The position numbers and the translations under genes were made by a program. A stretch of 64,000 nucleotides of DNA, from NCBI GenBank assembly GCA_965178125.1, contig OZ237750.1:434001-498000 (forward strand), written 5' to 3'. Numbering within the stretch: the stretch's first letter is position 1; each line of letters begins with the position of its first letter. Shown piece by piece: positions 51,054-61,400 of the stretch. The notes under the pieces were generated by a model that was given only the letters and a program-made list of their open reading frames with translations, had not been told where the DNA came from and made no database searches. Origin of the DNA: Bilabrum cf. latius (lineage: Eukaryota).

Positions 51054-52565
51054 TCAGAGGGTCAGCTCCTTGGCTGCCTCCCAGGCGAAGCCCTCCTTCT
51101 CCCTGCCGAAGTGGCCGTAGGCGGCGGTGGCCTGGTACTGGGCCTTGGTCAGCTCAAGGTCACGCACGATGCAGCCGGGGCGGAAATCGAAGTTCTTCTT
51201 GAGGATCTCCACGAGCTCGGCCTCGGACTTCTCAGAGGTGCCGTAGGACTCCACGTTGATGGACAGCGGGTACGGCACGCCGATGGCGTACGACAGCTGG
51301 ATGAGGCAGCGCTTGCACAGCCCGGCCTTGACCAGAGACTTGGCGGCCCAGCGGGCGGCGTAGGCGGCGGAGCGGTCCACCTTGGTGGGGTCCTTTCCGG
51401 AGAAGGCGCCTCCGCCGTGGGCACCCCATCCTCCGTAGGTGTCGATGATGATCTTGCGGCCGGTGAGGCCGGCGTCGCCGTGGGGGCCGCCGATGATGAA
51501 GCGCCCCGAGGGGTTCAGGTGGTAGATGGTGTGCTCGTCGAGGAGGGCCTCGGGCACCACGGGCTTGATGACCTTCTCGTGGAGGTCCTTGCGGATGGTC
51601 TCGTTGTCCACCTTGTCGTCGTGCTGGGTGGAGATGACGATGGTGTGCACGCGCTGGGGGACCATGCGGCCGCCCTCGTTCTTGTACTCGATGGTCACCT
51701 GGGTCTTGCCGTCGGGCCGCAGCCAGGGGCAGGTGCCGTCCTTGCGGACGTCGGTGAGCTTCTTGCCGATGTTGTTGGCGAGGAAGAGGGTCATGGGCAT
51801 GCACTCGGCCGTCTCGTCCGTGGCGTAGCCGAACATGATGCCCTGGTCACCGGCGCCGATGTCCTCGACCTTGGTCTTGCCCACGTGCACGGACTGGGCG
51901 ATGTCGGGGGACTGCTGCTCGATGGCCACGACGACGTTGCACGTCTTGTAGTCGAGTCCCTTCTCCTTGGCATCGTAACCGATGTCCTTGATGGCGTTCC
52001 GCACCACCTGCTCGTAATCTACCTTAGCCTTGGTGGTGATCTCACCGAAGATCATCACCATGCCGGTCTTGGTGGCCGTCTCGCAGGCTACCTTCGACTC
52101 TGGGTCCTCCTTCAGGCAAGCATCCAGCACAGCATCCGAAACCTGATCAGCGATCTTGTCTGCGAGGCAATTGTAGAAAATAGGTAGCATGAAGTGGGGA
52201 ATTTCTCGCGTTGCAACGCCGCGAAATGCGATATCAATGCGTGACAGCCCACTGCTCTCGCGGTGACGGGCAGCCGTAGATCGCCAGCCAACGTGTACCG
52301 ATTAGCTACATAATTAGCCAGAGACGGTAGAATTTGATCGACCCAAGCTTGCAAAAAGACTAACTCAATCAAGCAAGAGAGGGAAAAACCAGTTCAAATC
52401 GATCTGGGGCCAGAAACCTGGCGTGATCCGCACAGGCGGGGCACACCCGCGATCCAGCTCACCAGGGTGGCCCTCGTTCACGGACTCGGACGTGAACAGG
52501 AATGCGCCCTCGGTGCGCACAGACAGCTGTCCCTTGTCGTCAGAAGTTCCTGCGGCAGCGGCCAT
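51054..52565 (-). CDS. MAT: S-adenosylmethionine synthase (canonical MAT), 402 aa; exons 52565-52463 and 52159-51054
   Basis: [47 protein letters not shown]. Intron 52160-52462 (303 nt). Strong GC3 bias and no in-frame TAG. Confidence 0.98.
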
Positions 52566-52738
52566 ACTTTCAGTTGAATAAAAAGCAGAAATGCAGTTTT
52601 TCCCGCATCCGCGCCATCCAGGCAGCCAAATCTGATTTTGTTTGCAATTAACACCTTACCTCCGCGTTTCGTGGCGAGCTTCCTCTTGCAGATAATAATC
52701 ATTTCAGGTATATATAGGGAACAAACTCACCAGCAATC
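52566..52738. promoter_or_regulatory. Putative bidirectional promoter between MAT and GCAT
   Basis: 173-bp AT-rich gap between divergent ATGs, with a TATATA at ~52709. Confidence 0.45.
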
Positions 52739-54052
52739 ATGCAACTAGCTGCTATTCGAGCCGCTGCTGCGAAGTTTACTTCAAGATTCTCTACGAACCA
52801 CGCGGCATGGAGCCGACTTGCCGTTCAGCGACGGTGGCAATCACAGGAGGCTGCCCAAGAGACTCTGGAAGATCGTATCCACACGGAGATCGAAACCATG
52901 AGGAGCGAAGGCACTTACAAGCAAGAGAGAGTGATTACTTCGCCTCAGAGCGCTTCGATCCGGGTTCAGGGCAGGACGGAGTCTGTGCTGAACTTCTGCG
53001 GCAACCAGTACTTGGGATTGTCGAACCACCCAGAGCTATGCAAGGCCGCGAAGGATGCTATTGATACGCATGGATTCGGTTTGTCCAGCGTGCGGTTCAT
53101 TTGCGGCACGCAGGATCTTCACAAGCAGCTCGAAGCATCTATTGCGAGATTCCACAAGACCGAGGACACGATCCTGTACCCGAGCTGCTTCGATGCCAAC
53201 GCGGGGCTCTTCGAGGCAATCCTGACCAAGGATGATGCCATCATTAGCGACCAGCTGAACCACGCGAGCATCATTGACGGCGTTCGCCTCTGCAAGGCGC
53301 GCAGGAAGCGGTACAACCACCTCGACATGGTCGACCTCGAGAAGGCCCTCTAGGAGACGCAGGACTGCCGCGTGCGACTGATCGCCACGGACGGCGTGTT
53401 CTCCATGGACGGCGACGTGGCCCCTCTCAAGGACATCGTGGGGCTGGCGAGGAAGTACGACGCCCGCGTGTTCATCGACGAGTGCCACGCCACGGGCTTC
53501 TTCGGCCCCACCGGGCGTGGGACGGACGAGTACTTTGGGCTGCAGGGGCAGATCGACATCATCAACTCCACCCTGGGCAAGGCCCTCGGGGGCGCCACGG
53601 GTGGCTACACGACCGGCAAGGCGGAGATGGTGGACCTGCTGAGGAACAAGGCGAGGCCCTACCTGTTCTCCAACACGCTGGCCCCTGCCGTGGCGGGTGC
53701 CAGCATCAAGGTATTCGAGATGCTGGAGGAAGACACCTCCATGGTCCAGACCCTCAGGGAACACACGCACTACTTCCGGGATAGGCTGGACGCCGCCGGG
53801 TTCACCGTGCTGGGTGCCAGGGACCATCCCATCTGCCCTGTGCTTCTGAAAGACGCACGCCTCGCCGGCGAATTCGCGGACCGCATGCTGGAGAAGGGCA
53901 TCTACGTGATCGGGTTCTCCTTCCCGGTGGTGCCCAAGGGCCAGGCCCGCATCCGCACGCAGCTCTCCGCAGCGCACACCAAGGAGCAGCTGGAGCAGTG
54001 CGTGGAGGCCTTCATCGACGTGGGCAAGGACCTGGGCGTCATCGAGGGGTGA
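52739..54052 (+). CDS. GCAT: 2-amino-3-ketobutyrate CoA ligase (glycine C-acetyltransferase), mitochondrial, 437 aa
   Basis: Presequence, [54 protein letters not shown][TAG 53351-53353][40 protein letters not shown]. Confidence 0.96.
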
Positions 54053-54300
54053 GGGCCAGGGAGCAGCTGGAGTAAGGGACCGATTGTCTGGAGCATTGAG
54101 TGACAGGATTTGTGCCGATACTTGTGTTTATTGAAAAAAGAAGAACGGGCACTTTTGATATTGAGTCCTTCAGAGAGAGGGTTCTCAGGGGGGGCTGCCG
54201 ACATGCTGGACTGGCAAGGTTCACCGCACTAGAGTGATTCAAATGAATCGAGGCAGAGGGAGCCCTTCACCACAGGATCAGCCCAGAAATCAACTCAAAC

Positions 54301-55608
54301 TCAAAATGTCTCGAGCACGGCGTACTCTCCGTCCTTCCACAGGAGGTTGACTACGGGCCTGCCCTTGAATCCAGCGGGGCACGTGTAGGACCCCCCTCCC
54401 ACGACCACGGGCTTGCTAACGAGCTCGTCCCAGGAATACACCTGCACAGGGATGCTCCACGCGGCCACGGTTGCAACCACCTCGAGCACCGTGGCCTCCG
54501 CCTTGATGGAATCCACGTACTTTGCCCTATAGTCCGTCAGCCCCAGCTTGCTGTCCCTGACCTTGCAGAACGACTCCAGCTGCTGCCTCTTCTGGTACAG
54601 GCCAACCCCGGTCATAGTCTTGAGGAACACAGACACGCTCATGATTCTGTGCTTGTCCTCCACGAGCCCGAGCAGCTGCTCGAGGGTCATGGTGTCGATG
54701 CTCAGCACGGCCATCTGGAACTCGGCCTGGAAATCCTCGATCACCATCGGTTCGTAGCCGGCCAGCTCCATCAGGGGGGTGCAATTCTCCATGGTTCCAA
54801 GCAGGCGAGTTCTCAGCATGCCGGGGTCTGTGCTCTTTGGAACGCCGGTGGCTGGAATCATGGCTGGTTGCACGGGCGTCCAGTCCTCCGGCGAGAGGTC
54901 AGCTCCGTCGCCGCCCGGCTTCCCAGAGGAACCTCCCGAGGCACCCCCACCAGTGCGAACACCAAAGGCGTACCCACTCGCAGAACGGGCGGCGTATTCC
55001 TTCTCAGTCTCCTCATCGCCCTCGATCGGCTTGCCATTCCAGCTGCCCCAGCCGCGACCTGGCGCTGCAGGCCGCGGTGAGTACTTGAACTGCTGCGCTG
55101 CAGGCTTTTTCTGTGTTTTTCTGCTGCTTTCTTTACTATCGATGGAGGAATCTTCCTTCTTTGAGCTCTGAGAACTAGATGTTACCACATCTGCAGGTGG
55201 GACGCCCATGCAAGCGGTCAGCACTGCAAAGGCCCACGCCCTGTAGAATGTGCTGAGATCCAACTTGTTATTAAAGAATCGAGCATTTTTAAACGCAGCA
55301 CATAAGTCCCGTAGCCCCTCTTTCTCTGCATCGTTCTCGCATGTTGCAGCCAGATCATCCAGCGACACTACTCTGGTACCGTACTCCCGCTGTGCACCGG
55401 ATCCCCCTCCCCCTGTCGCTGCATCACTGCGAATGATAGTGAAATAGGCTAGGATCGCTTGCTGTTGGCAGTATTGCTTGTTCTGAGACAGCTGATAAGG
55501 AGGGTGGCACCCTCACGGGGCATCCTTCATGCTTGCCGCAATGGCTGCCTGAATCATCGCATCCTCAGACTTTGCAGGTGCACCTCCTTTTGGTGCGCTT
55601 GATGCCAT
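54301..55608 (-). CDS. Otubain-like (peptidase C65) pseudo-deubiquitinase with N-terminal UIM, 405 aa; exons 55608-55517 and 55426-54301
   Basis: UIM-like SEDAMIQAAIAASM. LDLSTFYRAWAF corresponds to otubain DGNCFYRAFGF, and PVVNLLWKDGEYAVL to PKVYLLYRPGHYDIL. Intron 55427-55516. Confidence 0.72.
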
Positions 55609-56509
55609 CTTGTAGTGGGTCTGCTGCGGTTTTGTGACGGCAGTCGGGTGGGAAATCGTGCAGCTCCGAGTTACTGCTTGCCCACCGTACAGTGGCAGTG
55701 CCGGTGATGGCGGTGTCCCAGGGGTGTTGCAAGTGGTCGTGGCAGCTTGAAGACCCTAACTATATGACCTCCTTGTTATCTACCAATCGTCTTTGATAAT
55801 ACATGTGGAAAAGTGCTTCAAAGCAGACGGGCTGTGCAAGGCCGTGGCTCGGCTTGGTGTCCAATAGTGCTGCCCCATTGCCGTGAGGCTCTCAAGTCAG
55901 AGGTAGGACTGGGGTGACAAAGAGGGAAAGTAAAGTGTCCTCAGGCGGGCAGGCGGCCGGGAGAGGGTCTTCTATCACATACTGAACAACCACTGGCAGA
56001 GCGCGGTGTGAGATGACTCGATCGGATTGGCTAGATGGGCAGAGCACCAGTGGTGCGACGCCTGGTCGAGGTAGAAATCGCGGGCACCAGCGGCAACGAA
56101 CACCGGTGGCAGCGCAATTGGCCAGTCGTAGTTTGGTCCGAAGTGCAAGTGGCCGCCCTCCGAGCCGTTGGCCTCGCCCAAGCAGTTGGGATGATGGCCA
56201 TTGATGTGCGGTGGATCCAGTTCCAGTGCACCACGAGCGTGCGTGATGATCGACAGCCTGACCATCCCGTGGGTATCCAAACAAAAAGGGCTTTGGAAGG
56301 GATCAAGACATGGGTAACGACAATTATGATGATGAAGATCAAAACCAGAAAGGTGCACATCCGAGTCGGAATACCGGATTTTGCCGAGACCCGCAGATAC
56401 TGCTTCACTAGCATCGCGCCTGCCTTACAAAGGCTACTAGATATACATAGCCACAAATAACAATCCGAGCTTGCACATAATTGTCACCGATTGAGTTGCA
56501 CTTGGAACG

Positions 56510-57736
56510 ATGGAAGCTCTTGATGCGTTGGCCGTATTTGGCAATAGTTTGGCCGAGTACGTTCACTCCCTGTCCACCCTTTACTTGAGCCTGCACATTG
56601 TGGCGGCTGTGCTGGCTGTTTTTTCCCTCTGTGTACTATGGGGTGTGCTGCATTCGCAGTGCTTGCACGGTTATTTTTCGGTTGGCGGGCGCCGCGTCTG
56701 GGCTTACGCTCCTGGGGAGGCCCACTTGCTAGCCCACGAAATGTTCGAGATGCCGACTCGTGTTGACCACGGCATTACAATGCCCAAGAAAGGAGCCGTT
56801 GTGGTTGATGTGGGAGCCAACATCGGGCTGTTCACGAGGTGGGTCCTCGAGAACTACAAGGATGCCACTGTGCACAGCTATGAGCCTATGAAGGACACGT
56901 TCAAGGCGATGGAAGCGAACATGGCAGAGCTGGGCGACCTTGGCAAGCGTGCAAAGCTCCATAACTTCGGGCTTGGAGACGAGGAGACCGAGATCGAGAC
57001 TGAAAAATTCGTCTCACGCTGGACGTGCGGAGCGAGCATGGTGCCGAGCCAGGCCGTGGAGGACGTGCAGGCAGCCGAGGGGACAGACATGGTAGTGGCC
57101 GCCCGCGCCTTAATGCACGATGCTGTGGAATGCCGTTCTTTCTCCTGGTGGGCCTCGTGGCCCGCGTACTGGCTGCTCAAGACGGGCTTCCCGCCCCTCC
57201 AGTACCTCGGTGTTCTCTGGGCGGCAGGGCCCATGCTCATGGAAGGCTTCATCTGCGGGTTCCTGGAGAAGAAAGCGACATTCCAGGTGCGTCGCACACG
57301 CGACGCTTTGAAGGAAGCGGGCGTGACTGGCCGCGTGGACCTCCTGAAGATCGACGTGGAGGGGGCAGAGGAAGCCGTGCTCAAGGGCATGAGCAAGGAT
57401 CAGTGGGACAACACGCAGGCCGTGTGGTGCGAGGTGCATGACTCGGGAGGCACCCGGGCTCGGGTCACCAAGCTCCTGGAGTCCCACGGCTTCGAGGTAT
57501 ACGCGGAGCAGGAGGACTTCCACTGGCTGCAGCTCATGGGACTCTGGGTCCTATACGCGCACAGGCCCTAGGGGTCGGCCTCGAAGAACGGCAGCCATGC
57601 CAATGGGGAACAGAAGGATGCTCGCGACGGCAGTGCCGCAGAAAGCGAGGAGGAGGGGGGAGGAGGAGGAGGAGGAAAAAGCCCAAGGCCACCCGCAGGC
57701 GCTCTGGGTTCGCGTGGCAGAAAGGGACGTTCGTGA
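56510..57736 (+). CDS. FkbM-family (Methyltransf_21) SAM-dependent methyltransferase with N-terminal TM segment, ~408 aa
   Basis: VVVDVGANIGLF, SYEP, LHNFGLG, VDLLKIDVEGAEEAVLKG, CEVHD. TAG 57569-57571 is read through to TGA 57734-57736. Confidence 0.88.
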
Positions 57737-57965
57737 AGGGAATGCCTAGCCTCACGCTGAAGCCATCTGCTCGACGATTTCGATTGTGCGTGTGCCTGTG
57801 GGGGTCGAGCAATTGCGACAGTGTGAGCAGGTCTACTGTCTTCATAAGTTATGTTTGCACTGCAGCCTGAGCGCAGCGCTTTGTTCGGAGGGCTTTGGCC
57901 CACCCGGCATCTGCTGCCTTACGTTCAAGCGGCTTAATAATCTAGCTTGCTCAGTTTGTCGCGAT

Positions 57966-58294
57966 TCAGATGTACTGAACTTGGTGCTCTGCCCCCCACT
58001 TTCTTTGGTCTGGCGCTCGACTCGCACCAACCAGCGGAATGCGACCACCGACGTGACTAGGCCTGCAGTCGCCGCGCACCGGCCAGCGATCTCGCGCAAC
58101 GGAACCGAGCCTCGCCCGAGGTTTGACTGGCCCTGCTCGTTCAAGAGATAGCATCACACCCAGCTGAGTTCGCGCATATTTGCAAAAACCGACGACACTT
58201 CGTTGTCGTTCGCTTCACTTGGGTCCGTGACGGTCGCAGCCCAGCGCGGCGAATGATTTACTCCTGCGATGCTCCCTGGCTTGCCACCAGTCAT
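57966..58294 (-). CDS. Possible small hypothetical protein (~80 aa); exons 58294-58219 and 58132-57966
   Basis: An 86-nt GT..GCAG intron gives an open frame ending at TGA. No recognisable domain, and the donor GTGAAG is atypical. Confidence 0.25.
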
Positions 58295-58458
58295 TGACTC
58301 TGGATAAACCTGTGTGAGACACCACTCTCGAGTATATTACAGCTAGTACAATGCAGCATAGCGTTGCTTCCTTACGGTACCCCACCTGATCCCGGATAGT
58401 TTTGTTGAACACAAACAGTTTAACCGTATCGTCGCAGGATTGGCTGTTGAAATACTCA

Positions 58459-61400
58459 ATGGCAGCAGCAGATTTCGACGCCAAGGCTGGCTAGCAGGGT
58501 CTTTTGCGGCGGACAAGATCGCTTCGAAGCGACGGATTCCGCGAAGGTCGGGCAGGCAAGACACTGCCAGTGCCTGCGCAACTTGCTGCCCGTGCCAGTC
58601 GTGCGTCGCAAGGTGTGCCGACAACCGGGAGGGTTTACGGCGCAGCAGGAGCAGATTCTTCTCCTGTAGATAACAGTATCGATGCTTATGCGAAAGAGGT
58701 GGTTGCATAGCCGTACAGCACCGTGGCCAGGTCAAGAAAGAACGCCAGTCCATCGGATGCCCAGGCGAGCAAGACTTCGGCCCGTGATGAAAGCGATTAT
58801 TCAGATACAAGTCGTGTTGATGTTCGCCGTCGCCGCATTGGATCGGAGCCACCACCCCGAATCCGTAGCGATGGCCATTTTCCTGGCGCTAAGCCACGAT
58901 CCGACGTCTCGAATGTAAGCGAGCACAGCAACTCATCGTCACACCAGACCCCGCGTGCAATCACTCCTTCAAGCGAAATGAGCAGACGACGAGGTAGCTC
59001 TGGGGGCAAGTGGCGCCGGCAGGTGACTGCCCGCCGGTCCCGCCTTGGTCCCCAAGTTGGGTCGGGTACCTCCGGGGGGATTTCCCCTCAGGCGGTGGGG
59101 TCACGTGAGCCATCGTAGAGCGTCAGCAGGGTTGAAGCCACCCTCAGCACCGATGCAGCAAGCAGGCTCACGTCTGCCCAGCCCATGGCAGCCACAAGTA
59201 TCGACTAGGAAGGGCAGGCTGCAGCAAGCCAGGCTATGCATGCGGATGCGGATGCAGCTGGACTGGCATCAACTGGGGCGCAGCACCATTCGTCCCGTGC
59301 AGGCACAGGCAGGGATAGTCCGGGCACTCCCTTGCTGCCACAGCCCGCGGACTCGCCTGGTAGCGAAGAATCAGGGCCAGGTACCTCCCAGTCGAGGCAG
59401 CCTGACGGCTAGAATGGCCCCGGGTTTAATTAGATATTGCGGTCAACTGGCCACGAACACATGGTGTCAGGGTCGGGGCGTCTTGTGGCCGCCCCTGCCG
59501 AACGTCCACCCTCCACCACTAAGCGAACCAGTACAACAGGGAAGTTCTCCCCAATTTCGGGGGCGGCTTCAGGCCAGTACGCAAGCGCGCTACAGGAGGA
59601 TGCTGGCATGCTTAGGGTCTTGGGCGGCACCCCAACCCCGCCCGACTCGCCTGCCCCTGCAATCGCAAGCTTTCAGGGGCGGGCGCAGCACAGAACTGCT
59701 TCCCCCACGCCGTCCCATCTGAGTGGTGCCTCTGTGGAGCACCTGCACGGAAAAGGGACCATCCCCTCTCCCGGTCACGCCTCTATCCCTGACAGGGACA
59801 GGCGCCAGCAGGCAAAGGTGGGCTGGCAGGCACCGTCTCGATTGGGGGGTTACAAGGTTGGCAGGCCGTTAGGAGAAGGTGGCTTTGGAACCGTCTACTA
59901 GGCAACTAGACAGGATGGCATGCAGGTCGCTCTTAAGTTTCTCGCTAGCGGTCGAGGGGCCTTCGATACCACCGAAGATGCCTCCCGCGTGGCTACGGAA
60001 GCTCGCGTGCTCAGCAGCATCCGTCATCCGCATATCACCGAGCTCCTCGAAGTAGTTGTGGCCCAGGTGCACTCGCAGCCCGGTCGACTGAACGGCCGTG
60101 AGCGCGAGTCCCCGGCCAAGCCGCAGGGAAGGGAGTCGGCTGGCCGATCGGTCAGTCCCCGGTCCGAAGCTGCGAGTCCGCGGCTGACCAGTGAGGTCTC
60201 CACGGGAGCCAGCGACAGCGACGCGCGGGCCAGCGGTCCCGCGCAGCGTTGCTCTGTCCTAGTGCTGCAGTATGCGCCTGGGGGCAATCTGAAGCAGGAG
60301 ATCCGCAGGCGATCCGCGAGGAGCAAGGACGCCGTAAAGAGCTACGCGCTTGCCATGATGCAGGAGCTGAGCGGCCACGACCTCGACAAAGAGGGGCACT
60401 TGCAGGACCACCACACATCTGGTCCGAGGCTGACGCTCCCGATGGAGGTACAGAGTGCAGGGGGCAGCTCGGCTGGAGGATCCTCCGCCTCGTCCCATGC
60501 CATGAGCCCGGCGAGAAAAGCCCCGCCGCACTGGCAGGAGCAGCTCAAGCTGGGCCTGTACGGAGCCTACTCGGAATCGGAAGCTGGTCATATCGCTAAT
60601 CAGCTAGCGGCCGCTTTGGCAGTCCTGCATGCGCAGAGTGTCGCCCACCTTGACGTCAAGCCAGACAACGTGCTGCTGACAGCCCCGAGCGTTCGCGGGT
60701 CCCGTCTTGCCGGTGGTTCGATCGGTTCGTCTGGCTCTTTGTCCAGGCGGCCGCACGGAATTCACATCCTTTTGACAGACTTTGGTCTCGCATAGTACTT
60801 CACGTAGGGCCAGAAGGTAGTTATAGACGCCGGGAGCTTGCCATACCTCCCCCCAGAGGTCCTGCGTGGCAAGCCCGCTGTGCCAGCCAGTGTGGACATG
60901 TGGTCCCTCGGGGTCACGCTGTATGCCTGTCTCCTCGGCAAGCTGCCGTTTCGACCGGACTCACACCCGCACCTGTACGACCATCTGAGTCGAGATCCTC
61001 ACGCCGGTCACGACAGCACTGCAAGCGCGGGGCGATACCAAGGAAGAGTCGCTGCTGGTGCGCCAGTGGGCGGCATCAAGCAGCCGCCAAGCGGTCGGGA
61101 CACGCCGACTGGACTTGATGGTCTGTCTCCTCTTCCTGTGGGTAGTCCCAGGCACGGTGTCCGCAGCAAAGGCATCGCAGGAGTCAGGGCGCGGTCGCGG
61201 TCCAACAGCCCAGAATCCATGGCTGGCCACGCCGGATCGCCGTTGCTGAGACAAGCTCTCCGCACGAGGGCCCACACGGATTTGGGGCCGCCCCCAAGCC
61301 CAGAATTGGCCCCGCAGTCTAGACCATCCGCTGCAGGGGCTGCTTCGTCGCAGCCAGGGTCTGCTCGTGGCAGTCCCCGCGCCGGGACACCGAGAAGGAC

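Noticed and set aside
51111-52187. Long antisense ORFs (e.g. 51111-52187, 42324-44222, 15337-16689, 17614-18930, 53036-53977)
   Set aside because: These are shadows of GC3-biased genes on the opposite strand and carry no independent motifs.
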